From Eledone cirrhosa (Eukaryota): 64,000 nucleotides of DNA. Every line of letters starts with the position of its first letter. The stretch's first letter is position 1. Below, in pieces: positions 46,752 to 59,037 of the stretch. The stretch covers positions 389,298,001 through 389,362,000 of the forward strand of contig OZ024740.1 in NCBI GenBank assembly GCA_964016885.1, given 5' to 3'. The notes under the pieces are model-generated. The model saw only the letters and a list, made by a program, of their open reading frames with translations, was not told where the DNA came from and did no database searches. A program made the translations under genes and the position numbers.

Positions 46752-46794
46752 CCTTTAACCAGTTTCCAAGCCTAGTTGGGCTTTCATCAGAAGA
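46752..46794 (-). ncRNA. Hammerhead motif with one core substitution (GGAA for GAAA)
   Basis: CTT-CTGATGA-AAGCC(CAACTA)GGCTT-GGAAACTGGTT-A-AAG. Confidence 0.68.
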
Positions 46795-46887
46795 CAGTCC
46801 AATGTTTGAAATCAGTAAAAAATATAAAAATATATCTTATGTGAAGTGTGTTCACTACAACAACAAAAACTACTATAACAGTAGTAA

Positions 46888-47243
46888 CAATAATTGTTTC
46901 TACTTTTGGCACAAGGCCAGCAATTATTCCAGTGTATTACTGGTGCTTTATTTTATCGGCCCCATAAGGAGGAAAGGCGAAGTTAATTTCAGCAGGATTT
47001 GAACTCAGAACGCAAAGGGCGTCCAGCCCTCTACTGATACTGCCAATCCACTGCCATTAGTAACAATAATTGTTTCTACTTTTGGCACAAGGCCAGCAAT
47101 AACCCAGTGTATTACTGGTACTTTATTTTATCGACCTCGTAAGGATGAAAGGCAAAGTTAACCTCGGCGGGATTTGAACTCAGATCATAAAGGGCCGTAA
47201 CTCTTTGCTGCAAAGCATAGCGTCCGACCCTCTACCGATACTG
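46888..47243 (-). mobile_element. Two tandem SINE copies
   Basis: Body repeated at ~46888-47055 and ~47064-47243. Confidence 0.9.
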
Positions 47244-47418
47244 TAACAATAATAGTAACAAATCATATTTCACTGTCTTAAAATAAGAATGACATGAATA
47301 ATGTAGTTGTAGATTTATTGTTTGTTTTAAAGCTAATTCTGATGTTTTGAGGGGTCATCAATTTAACAGAAATGTTGATCGTTGTATTTATTGTCATTTT
47401 AACGAGATATATGGTTAG

Positions 47419-48170
47419 TTCTTCTTCTTCTCCTCCTACGTATTCCTGGGAGGTTCATGGGGGCAGAGTCCTCAAACACTCCCTCCAGCGGGTCCTGTCA
47501 GAAGCAACCATCTCCAACTGATCTGACTGGATCCCCAAGTGGGACCAGCCAAGCTCGTGGATGTTATCTAACCATTTTGAGGTCTAACCCTTGGTCTCCT
47601 ACCAGTTGGTTTTACTCATAAAATCTGTCTAGCAATTCTTTCCTGGGACATTCTAACCCATAGTATTGGAGCTGTGATCTCTTAATTCAGACAAGTAGCA
47701 GCTCTTCCTGGAGTGACTCTCTCATCTCTGAGCTACGCACTCTATCGAGCAACGTTACTCCAAAAAACCTTCAGAGGAACCCCATTTTGGCCACGTGTAT
47801 TCATGATCGTATTCTTTTGGTCATTACTCAAGACCATAAGTAACGGTTGGCACAAATACCGAATTGAAGATAGCAAGTTTGGCTTTTATGCCTACCTCCT
47901 TTTTTCTGATTACTGAATACTGAAGCATTACTGCACCAGCTCCCACAATTCTTGCACTTAATTCAGCCTCCTGCCTTCCATCATTTGTGAACACGGCCCT
48001 GAGATACTTGAACTTCTCTACCTGCTTCAGTGGAACTCCAATCACGTGTAGAGTGCACTGTGCAGGCTTCCTTGAGAGGACGAATGTCTCAGTTTTCACA
48101 GCACTGATTTACATTCCAGCCATGCAGCACACGGCATCAAACCTATCTAGTGCAAGCTGGAGATCACCTT
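47419..48170 (-). mobile_element. Decayed RTE-clade LINE 3' part with (GAA)n tail; related tails at ~40100-40250 and ~52290-52380
   Basis: KTE..LKQVEKFKYL, AKLAIFNSVFVPTVTYGLE, GRPR. Confidence 0.75.
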
Positions 48171-48646
48171 CTGTTGGTAGGTTGACAGAGAAAACAGGCT
48201 TTGTATGCAGCAGATGTACTAGAGAAGTAGATTCCTTTAATTCCTCAGGAGGCTCTCTAGAAGTTGTTCACAGCTTTTATTACTTGGGTGACCTTAATCA
48301 ACAGTAGGAGAGGTTGCTGAAAGTGTAGAGTAACTAGAGTGAAAATGACTAAGGGCTTTCAGAGTGGTGGATAGGCTGTATCCTGCGTATGAACTGCAAG
48401 GCAGAAACATAGGCCTTGGCTGCAGAAGACCTGCAAAGGCTGGAAAGACCAATATGCTCTAGTGGCTGTGTGCTGTTGGTATGCATGAGCACCATAACAT
48501 GAGTAGACTAAGAAAGAAACTGGGAGAAGGGGAAATCTGGTGTAGTGTGTGAGGAGGTGGTCTGCATTAGTATGAACACCTGTAAGGTTGTTCATGTTAG
48601 GAAATGTATCAGCCATAGAACTCATGCCAAATATGAAACGTATGTA

Positions 48647-49487
48647 TAATAATAATATAATAATAATGAAAATATTGTGTATAGTGCTCAGGTGCACTAC
48701 AACTCATCAAAAGTATATGTATAGTACATAGGGTAATGTACAAACGTCAGGAAAATGAACAGTGCATGAGTCATGATATACACATGTGTGCATGTGTATG
48801 GAAGGGGTACATCAAGTGTAGTTTTGGCGAATTTCAGGAAGCATGGAGGTTTTAAAGGATGCAGTGTCTCGGCAGCTAGCAACTGATGCAGGTAGTTTGT
48901 TCCATGCTTCAGCAACTCTAAGCATGAAAAAATGTTTCCGAAAGTCATGGGAACTGTGCTATTTTCTGACTTTGTGGGCATGTCCACGTGTTAGACACAT
49001 GGAGATCAAAAAGGTGCTCAGGGTTGTTGTTGGCAAGATGGTTAATGATTTTGTGGGTGTTTACCTGATGTCGGAGCAAGGCGTTCAGAGTATGGTAGGT
49101 GTTTGATGGAAGGTATGCGCTTGGTTGAACATCTCTGAACAGTTTCCAGGAGGTCAATGTTCTGAGCAAGATAGGGGTTCCAGACTGGGGATGCAAATTC
49201 CAAGTGTAGTCGTACCATAGCTGTATACAGCTTTAAATATGTGGCTGGAGAGTGGCTAACAAAGGTCTTGCTGAGTGATGCCAAGACACCCTCGGCCTTC
49301 TTGACAATTTTAGAGATGTGCTTTATCCAACGCAAATCGCTGCTGACAGTAATGCCTAGGTCACGTTCACACGAGGACTTCTTGATATCAGGGTTGTGGA
49401 GGGAGTATGTGGATGCTGGATTTTTCCACCCAAAATGCATGTTGGTACACTTGTCCACAGCCAGCTTCAGTTGCCAGTCTGTGATCT
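48647..49487 (-). mobile_element. CR1-clade LINE 3' part, same family as 55908-57500
   Basis: KC..MHFG, ERDLGITVSSDL.W, LEFASPVWNPY, LETVQR; (ATT)n tail. Confidence 0.9.
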
Positions 49488-50321
49488 ATAAGATGAGGTT
49501 GCTCCAACATATCTGGTCTTAGACCATGACAACCTGTCCAACCCATGCCAGTACAGAAAGCAAATGTAAAATATGGCTCCCAAACTCTGCTTAATGTTAT
49601 CAGCTAATTATAGTAACTAAACAAGCCTTTGTCTCAAAATGTTCACAATAAGCCACTTTAACTGTGTACATGTGTTTGTCTGCCTATTTATCCTATTATC
49701 TTTATCATGTCTTTCTTTTTACTTTTCCCTCTCACCCACCCTCTCTCTACCTTTCTCTTCTCTTTCTCTCACCCTCTCTCTATCTATCTTCCTCTCTGTT
49801 ACTCTCTCCCCTTGTTTCCTATACCCTCACTTCTCTGTACACTGCTCCTCTGCCACTATATATGACCAAAATAAATGATAAAAACAAAGACTTAACAAAA
49901 GGTATTATCTTAATATAAAAATACAAATGAAGATGTAGTGAAAATAATAATGTAGTGGAAATAATAATAGAAATAAAAAGTGGGAAAATAAACAGAAAGA
50001 AGAATAACAACAGACCAAATAGGTCAAATTACAACTTGAAAAGGGAAATAAAAATGAATACCATAAAATTTAATTAACCTGGCCAGGTATAAAGTTGTAA
50101 AGTGTGGAGCTAGAAAGAAGTTATAGTGGCTACCAATAAGAGGTGAACATATCAAAGCAAGACAAACTAGTCTCAGATGTTGTTAGCCTCAAGCCAGCTC
50201 TGTTCAAGCAGACCTATGATCAAAGGCCTTCCATTTGTGACAACTACTTTCCCACTGTTTGTTTGTTTTTTTATGTTATATATCTAGGACTACTTTATCC
50301 AATATAAAAGAATTCTGTAGG

Positions 50322-50527
50322 GCAGCGATCCCCAACCTGTGGCACTAGGGCCGCATTTGTCCTTTAAGGATGTTTAGTGTGGCCCTCAGAACAAGATGAG
50401 AATTATGCTCTTGTCCAGCAGACTGCACATAGCCAGCAACTGCATGACAGGATTTTTGCTACATTTCAAATATTTGCACCAATTTTTATATAAATTCAAA
50501 TAACTTTGCAAAATAGTAGTAGTAGTG

Positions 50528-50563
<36 letters not shown>

Positions 50564-50851
50564 ATCTATATTATAAAAGGAAACCTGTTTCGCTGTTCGT
50601 CACACTTCATATGTATTATGTGTGTATGGAAAAAAATTCAACATATAGGCAACACAACTACAAAAAAACGTGTGTGTGTGTCTCTCTATGGCTTTCAATA
50701 GAAAAAGCGACAGAATGCGGCAATTTTAAGTGCATGTCTGTCATCATAAAAACGTGAACTGTCTAAGATAGTATGGATAATTCTATGTGGCCCCCATCTA
50801 AATTTGAAATGTTAATGTGGCCTTTTCATCCACAAAGGTTGGGGGCCTCTG
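50322..50851. mobile_element. hAT-like MITE containing an (AGT)n tract
   Basis: CAGCGATCCCCAACCT .. AGGTTGGGGGCCTCTG inverted termini. Confidence 0.6.
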
Positions 50852-53720
50852 CCGTTGGGTATAATTTGCGAGAGGTTTGACTGCTATTTCTAATAAATAA
50901 ATAGACCATTTAGATTCAGAGAAAAATAGTGGTTTGATGTTATTGACCTGCTAGAAATAGTACCTTTATCTCTCTCAAATCCCACCCTACTTTCTTCATA
51001 GCTGAAGGAAACTCAATTATGTTATATTTCTCAAAGGTATTAGCAATATAGGAGAAATGAAGCCATTTAAACCTGATGTTGAAACCAAAAACTAGATTTA
51101 TTCACTCAGAGCTGAACATTACTCTATTACATTACTCTATTAATAAATAAAATGGCTTCAGATACTATGTACATATATCATAAAAATAAGGTTAAAGAAA
51201 TAAATGAATGTGTATCATCATCATCATCAACATCATTATCATCACTTTTACATCCTCACATCAATATAATATTCATATCTCTTAGATATGAAGATCCAAA
51301 CCAGGGTCTTGTCCACTTCATCTATAAGCAAATCTAGGTACATGTTCACAGCTACACAACCTATAATAATAAATACCTGCAATACACTAATACAATGGTG
51401 GAATATTACGATGAAAAAATAAATACAACATAATACACACAGCCTTAGGCTTGAGGTATAATGATTGAAGATGTACAACAACACTTGCATCATCACCTCT
51501 GCTATACACAGTAAACTAGCTGATGCTGATGTAAATATGTTTTGGCAGTGTTACAGCTTAGTAGAAGATCATATATCATGTACCATTGTAAATACGTCTT
51601 TAATATTTTATTCCTCTGCATTGACACACAATCACATGATGACATTAAGAATGATAAATGTTTATATTTGAATATCTAAAATATCAAATTATACAGAATA
51701 TTTGCGAAGCAATATGATTTTACAAGTCACCATTATTTCAAGATATCTTGATATATCTGCAGTGTTGCTGCCATCATGTTTTCAGTATCTCTATGATCTA
51801 TTTAACTTGATATGTCTAATTTGTTGTTGTGAGGTGGGGTGGCTGTTGCAGGAGGTGTTGCTGGCCATTGTCCGAGGGAATTCTTTTGCGGTCTAGTCTA
51901 CGGGGCGCCCTATGTTCATAGCCCATTCTTCTGTGACACTAGAGTCCTTGCCATTCCCTCCCTTTTCCGTTTTTTTCTTTTTACTTTTTTCTCTATATTT
52001 TCCTATTTTACATTCCATTCTTTTTAATCTAAATTTTCTTTTTTTTTTTTCTATTAAACTGTATTTACATGAAATATTCCACAAATAAAAGTTGTCACCA
52101 TTGTTTCAGTCTATTTAGGATGAATCCACCTTGATGTATTGTTGCTTGTTGTCAGTTGTATTTCAGTATATCTAATATGTATTCAGTTTGGTATTTTTTC
52201 CAAACAGAATTCATTCCTGGTTAATTTTCCCCAGTCTATTAGAGTTTTATCCCTTAAAATCTTTATATTTCAGTAATCTAAGGTTTGGTAAAATGGTTGC
52301 TTCTGACAGGACCCAGTGGAAGGAGTGTTTGAGGACTCTGTCCTACAACCCTCTTAGGAATAAGTGAAAGAAGAAGAAGACGCCATTACTGACTATTGAA
52401 TCTATTTACTCTTATGTTATTAGTTTTTCCTATTGACTTGACTATTTTTAAGATGACAGAGTGATAGTTAAGGAAGATTTGGCTGCAGCTTCATGCAAGT
52501 CAAGAGGCTTCCTCACTAGCTCAGAGATGAAGATAGATCTGTGGGTCATCTCTTGTCATGTGGCCAGCTATCCACATGGCCACATGGTATAGGACAGTTC
52601 AGTCAGTTCTGACCTGGATCTTCACAAGAACAGCAGCAACAACTAAATGATGATGATGGTGGTGGCAGTGGTGGTGGTATATATGTATGAATGAATGAAT
52701 AATAAAATACAAATGGCTGTTTCACTCACTTCTCTCTCCAATGTATGGACATGGGGGAGTGAGATCCATGCTTATACAACCTGATCTCACATTACCTTAC
52801 AAAAAACCAATCATTTCTCTATCCCATCTCTTAACTTCCAGCCGTTCAATCAGAATACTAAAACACTCTTACCATACAGTATATTATAAATTAACTTATG
52901 TTATTTTTTATTATGTGAACTGACTAATTATAATAAATATATGAGTAAATTTTTATTGACAGAAACTTAAAAGGGTAACAACTAATAATAAATGTCTCAA
53001 TTGAACATACAAAACCCTGGGAATCAAAAAGTAGGTATATGTTGTAGGCCCACTCATTCCCATTTCTATGACATGATCTAAATATATTTCTTCCATACCT
53101 TGTAGCTAAATTATTTGATAATGAATCATGGCCTGATTCCTGTAATCAGAGGCTAATTTGAGAGCCTTCTCTTATCAACTCATTTTTTGATTGAACCTAC
53201 TTTGAACCAAGATACCATACAGTAGCATCGAAGCTAAGACCTAATGATTTTGAAATTAATTCTTTAATATTTTGGCCACGCTCTTTACATTCTGAGTTCA
53301 AATCCTGCCAAAGTCAACTTTGGATTGGTTTAATCAACTTTGCCTGTCTCCCAAAATTTGCTTGGTCTTGTGCCTAAATCAGAAACCAATATTAATTGCC
53401 TCATCACTCGAGAACCTTTTCATCACTTGATGCAGCACTTCAGCAGTAGTTTTTACCACAGGATATAACCTTAAAAACTGTGTTACAATGTTATTTTGCT
53501 ATTTATTGTACTGATAAAACACACACACACACACAAACTTTTCACAAACAATATTAGTTGGCTTGGTCCAAAACCAAGAACTGGCTTTCAGTAAGGATGG
53601 AGCAATAACATTTTATATGAGTACCATACATTTATAAAGAAATATGTTTTATTCAATGCAGTTTCAAGTCAGCTGTAATTTAAGATGAAGAAATTCCTGT
53701 CCAATAAATGATGCTTCAAA

Positions 53721-54881
53721 TATTGGGTTGGCCAAAAAGCCAGTTCAGCTTTTGTCGACACTAAACTTCAAGCACTCTAACTTCAGTTTGTCTCTTGTGC
53801 ATGGCCACTCATTCAATACTTGACACTTCAACGTAGTTTGACGTGAACTTGCGACAAGATAGGTTATATTTTGTGTGTTTGAGATTACCCTGAAAATAGA
53901 GGACCAAATTAAGAAAGTGGTGGAACCTGCAGGAAGATATGTATTGTGTATGGAGAGGATGATGTTATGGAATGTATGTGCTAGAAATGGTTTTCAAGAT
54001 TTCGATCAGGAAATTTTTCGTTCCAAGCTGCACCTTGCTTTGGCTAGCCAACTGAGATTAACAGCAACAAAATGAATGAGTTATTTGACACTAGAATCCC
54101 TCATACGACCAGGACCATTGCAGATATTCTCCAAATCAAATGTTGAAAACCATCTGCATCAATTTGGTTATGTCAGTTGGCTCAATGTTTGGGTCCTACA
54201 GCAATTGAATGAGGCTAACCTCACTCAACAGATTTTCATCTATGATTCATTGCATAATCATGAAAAAAATAGTTCTCTTTTTTAAAAAATGGTGATATGA
54301 GATGAAAAATGGATTGTCTATATTAATGTGAAGAGCAAACGACCATGGGAAAGGCATGGCAAACCACCACACCCTTGAAAGCAGGACTTCACCCAAAGAT
54401 GGTTATACTTTCAATTTGGATGGATTGGAAGTGTGTTGTCTTTTATTAGCTTCTTCCCATAGATATGTAGTGTGACCAGCTCGACAAATTGAATGCAACA
54501 ATCTACCAAAAGTGTCAAGCAATTGCTAATCATAAGAGCACTGTCTTTGTCCATGACAATGCCAAACCAAACACTTCTTTACAGATGCAGCAGAAGTTGC
54601 AGGAGCTTGGCTGAGAAGTTTTGCCACACCCTACATATTCATCCAATTTAGATTTCCACCTGTTTTCGACTTAATAAACAGACCTTCAATTCTGAAGAGG
54701 ATGTAAAAATTCCCCTGGAAGAATTTTTCACCAGTGAAGACAGGAAATTCTTTGAACAGGAAAGAATGAATCTGCCTACAAGATGGCAGAAGATATTGGA
54801 AGGAAACAGTAATTACATCTGTGATTAAATAAATCACTTTTTGTTTAAAACTTGTGTCTTATTTCTGCTTAAAAAACTAAT
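53721..54881 (+). mobile_element. Decayed mariner transposon
   Basis: TATTGGGTTGGCCAAAAAG TIR; DEKW at 54301, HPKMVILSIW.DWK, HDNAKP at ~54552, HPTYS. Confidence 0.88.
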
Positions 54882-55907
54882 ACTTATATGATAAGCTACA
54901 AATGCTGCTAACTGTAGTTCTTATTCAGTTATTTTGCTACTGAATAAGCTGCTTTGACAGTTTATACCAAATTTGAGTTTATTACAAACTTATTCTTTTT
55001 GTTCTCTGAAGAAGCTGAAGAAGCATGCTTTATGTAGTCAGGTTTGTGTTCTCATTTTTAACACTATCACCTGGAACTTTGTTACAAGAATTTTATGTCA
55101 GGTCTCCTGTTTGAGGATACCTTCCTCCCACCTTTCTAACAAGTTTAAAGGCTATGAAAAGAATCATGAGCACTGCCCCACTGAGTAAGCAATAAAAAAG
55201 ACAAAGCTTTATTGTCATCATTTTTTACTTCTCTCACTTGATTTTAAAATAGTTAACCAGAATTGTTTGAATTCTTTACTGTACATTACCTACTTGTTCA
55301 TTGTATAAATGGGTTTTAGAATAATGGAGTTAGATTTTTTTATATGTACTTTAAAATATATATGGATAAATAAACACAACAGTTTAAAAAAAAGGCACTC
55401 AATACATGTGTGAAAGTGACATTCAAATAAGTATCCTCCACTACCAACCAACTTACCCTCCGCCTCTGGGTCCTGGCTGACAGGACAGAGAATGCATTGC
55501 CCCAGTTTAATCAGACTTCAGTGATGCTTAAGTACAAGATGAAAATTGCACCTTAAACTTAAAGATCACCCCCTTTTCCACCCAGTAAAAGAGTAATTTC
55601 TGCCAAATTTTGGTTCACTTAATCATACCAGGGAATGTCTACTTGGTCACGCTAATATGTTAGAAATAGCAGCTAAATATCCCTTAATATTCACCCTGCA
55701 GCCTTAATTTGTCTATAAATTTTACTGATTGTGCAAAAATGTTTAAATAAAATAAAAATGTAGCAGACTGTAGCCTCACCCTCCTCTAAAAAAGTTAAGT
55801 AGCCTAAAAAGTAACTAGTAGCCCAAATTGAAGTAGTCTGCAGTCTTGAAATATCAGCATTTTTACATCGACTTTTACTACCTATTCTAAACGGGATACA
55901 TACATAT

Positions 55908-57500
55908 ATACACCTGCAATGCTGCGACACCACTTTAAGAATAAGCGCAACTATGCCTCTCCTGGTATTGAGGGTGTTGCGTATCTTCTTCTCAAACATG
56001 GTGGGTACTTTCTTCTGCACCAGCTTTTATTCTTCTTTCAATTCTGTCTTAACAACGATGTTACTCCAAAGCAGTGGAAAACTGCCAGTGTCATTCCTCT
56101 ATTCAAAAAAGGTGATCATATGTCACTTGTCAACTATCATCTAGTCAGTCTTACTAGCTGCAATTGCTAAACTGATGGAATCCTATGTCAGAGAAACACT
56201 CTGGAACTTCTGGAATTCTTACAGCCTTATCCGGCCCTCACAATTTGAATTTATCCCTAACTCTAGCTGTTGTGATCAACTCATCGAGTTTCTTGAAGAC
56301 ATTACCAGCTCATGGGTGGATGCTGTTTATCTTGATTTTGCTAAAGCTTTCAATTCTGTGCCACACAAAAGACTTATGGCAAAACTCTCTGCAATGGGTG
56401 TGGGAGATGATTTTTTAAAACTGGTTGAAGTCCTTCATTCTCAGTTAACAAGAAATAGTCACAATTCTAGGACACCATTCTTCACCCTATAAGATGACAT
56501 CTGATGTACCACAGGGGTCTGTTCTTGATCCCCATTTGTTTGTTGCATATATTAATGACATAGATGCCAACTTAAGAATGCTACAGTACTGAAATATGCA
56601 GATGACATCAAGCTGTACCTTGAGATAAAAAGGACAGATCCTGTACACTATAGATCTTCCCTGCAATCAGACCTGGACACAATGCAGCAATGGATTATAG
56701 ACTGGTAACTCAAGCTGGCTGTGGACAAGTGTATCACCATGCATTTTGGGAGGAAAAACCCAACATTCACATATTCTCTCCACAACACTAATCTCAAGAA
56801 GTCTTCTAGTGAATGTGACCTAGGCATTACTGTCAACAGTGATTTGTGTTGGACAAAGCACATCTCTAAAATTGTCAAGTAAGCCAAGGGTGTCTTAGCA
56901 TCACTCAGTATGACCTTTGCCAGCCACTCTCCAGCTATCTATTTAAAGCTGTATATAGCTACGGAATTTGTATCACCAGTCTGGAACCCCTATCTTTCTC
57001 AGAATATTAATCTCCTGGAAACTGTTCAAAGACATGCAACCAAATGAATACCCTCCATCAAGTATTTACAATACTCTGAATGCCTTGCTTCCCTGGGCAT
57101 GGATACATTAAAGCTTTGACATCTGGCAACTGATTTAATAAACACCCTCAAAATTATTAATCATCTTGCCAACAACAACCCTGAGCACCTTTTTGAGTTC
57201 CATGTGTCTAATACCCGTGGACATGCCCACAAAGTCAAAAAACAGCACAGCTCCCATGACTTTCGGAAACACTTTTTCACTCTCAGTTGTCAGGACACTG
57301 CATCCTTCAAAACTTACATGCTTCCTGAAATTCGCCAGCACTACACCTGATATCCCCCCTCCACTCCATACACACACACACATGTATATCATGGCTCATG
57401 CACTGTTCACTTTCGTGACATTTGCACATTATTCTATGTACTATACATGCACCTTTGAAGAGCTGTAGTGCACCTGAGCACTGTACTAATTTTCATTATT
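55908..57500 (+). mobile_element. 5'-truncated, decayed CR1-clade LINE
   Basis: WKTASVIPLFKKG..NY..SLTS, DAVYLDFAKAFNSVPH, PQGSVL, YADDIKLY. Confidence 0.92.
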
Positions 57501-57503
57501 GTT

Positions 57504-57683
57504 TGGCAGTATCGGTAGAGAGTCGGACGCCATGCTTTGACGCATAGTTACGGCCCTTGCCATTCTGAGTTCAAATCCCGCCGAGGTTAACTTTGCCTTT
57601 CATCCTTACGGGGTCGATAAAATAAAGTACCAGTAATGCACTGGGTAATTACTGGCCTTGTGCCAAAAGTAGAAACAATTATT
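57504..57683 (+). mobile_element. Full-length tRNA-derived SINE (clearest copy)
   Basis: A box TGGCAGTATCGG, B box GAGTTCAAATCC, core GCCTTTCATCCTTACGGGGTCGATAAAATAAAGTACC, ATT tail. Confidence 0.93.
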
Positions 57684-57828
57684 GTTATATACATATATAC
57701 ACACAATGTATAGAATTCTACTTTTCTCCAGCTTGTAAACCCAAACATATTTATGGATGTGTGTATATCGGTGTATATATGCCTGTGTAGACAAGCATAC
57801 TCAAGGAAATTGTGGGAGACAAGAAAAA

Positions 57829-57829
<1 letters not shown>

Positions 57830-57894
<65 letters not shown>

Positions 57895-57922
57895 CCAACC
57901 AACCAACCAAGCAACCAACCAA
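57830..57922. repeat. (CA)n plus (AACC)n microsatellite
   Basis: Directly visible. Confidence 0.95.
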
Positions 57923-58403
57923 GCACAAACAGGCATGCAGTGGTTGACTGACAACTAGAAGTTAAGTTAGATTGCAGATATTTTTAGGTTAGATTCAATC
58001 TTTTAAAGAGATAAAATGCTATAAATAAAGAGGTGAACCACAACAAGAAATCAGTGTCCATAGCAAAGTTAGGTGGTTAGACAGCAATCAAATCTATCTA
58101 AGATCACTCTGACTTTTGTCATGCTACAGATAGCTGACTCCTCTGTCTCACTCTTCTTACACTTTATTAGTCAATATATTTTTTTTCTTTTGTTAGTTTA
58201 GTTTTTGTATTATTATATTTATATTTTTTGTCATGCTAGTTTTTGTATTATTATAATTTTATTCATATTTATTTATTCATTTTTTATTTATTAATTTTGT
58301 TGTTTGCTTTTGTTCAAATGGAACAAAATAGTTGTGAGGTTAAACGGTTGACCTACATATAAGGGAGTTTAGAGTTGAATCATTATAACATCCATATTCT
58401 TTC

Positions 58404-58510
58404 TGTGTGCATGAGATACATATGTGTACAGGCATGTGTGTATGAGATACATACATATGTGTACAGGCATGTGTGCATGAGATACATATGTATACAGGCA
58501 TGTGTGTATG
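58404..58510. repeat. ~28-32-bp minisatellite, three units (GTGTGCATGAGATACATATGTGTACAGGCAT)
   Basis: Directly visible. Confidence 0.85.
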
Positions 58511-59037
58511 TGAGGTCATGATTTTTGCATGCATGTGTGTGTTGTTTTTAGTTCAATTAAAACTGTCAATTAGAGTAGCTTCTCTTTTGACCTGAGCTGA
58601 CCTTGTGCAAGGCCCACAGTCATAACTTTCATTTACTTTCCTCTATAGTCAGTTGTGAGCTGCCAACATTTTACAACCATCTAACAATCAGTTTGCTAAG
58701 GTGCTAAACTTCTAATTATAGGTTATGTGTAAACATATCTGAATTCAGCTATATAGTATTGACAACTCTTGAAATTTTAACTAAATTCAACTTTAGTAAA
58801 AATTAATTATTAGGAAAATATAAATATCAGTTTAAAAAATTGAATGTGAGAGTCCCAAACGCAAAAAGTAACTGTGATAACAGTTGATCACTATAGATTA
58901 TAGTTGAGAAAATTGGATAAATTATCGTTAGAAACAGAAAAAGTTAATAAAAATGCCTATGAGGAAGTGCATCTGTTCCTATTATTCCATCTCTGATAGT
59001 AATATACACAATTTTCTCTGTTATTATCTATAGTGAT

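Noticed and set aside
58648-58699. Possible 52-nt exon after a polypyrimidine AG
   Set aside because: Weak donor (GTGCTA), no recognisable peptide, no supporting exons
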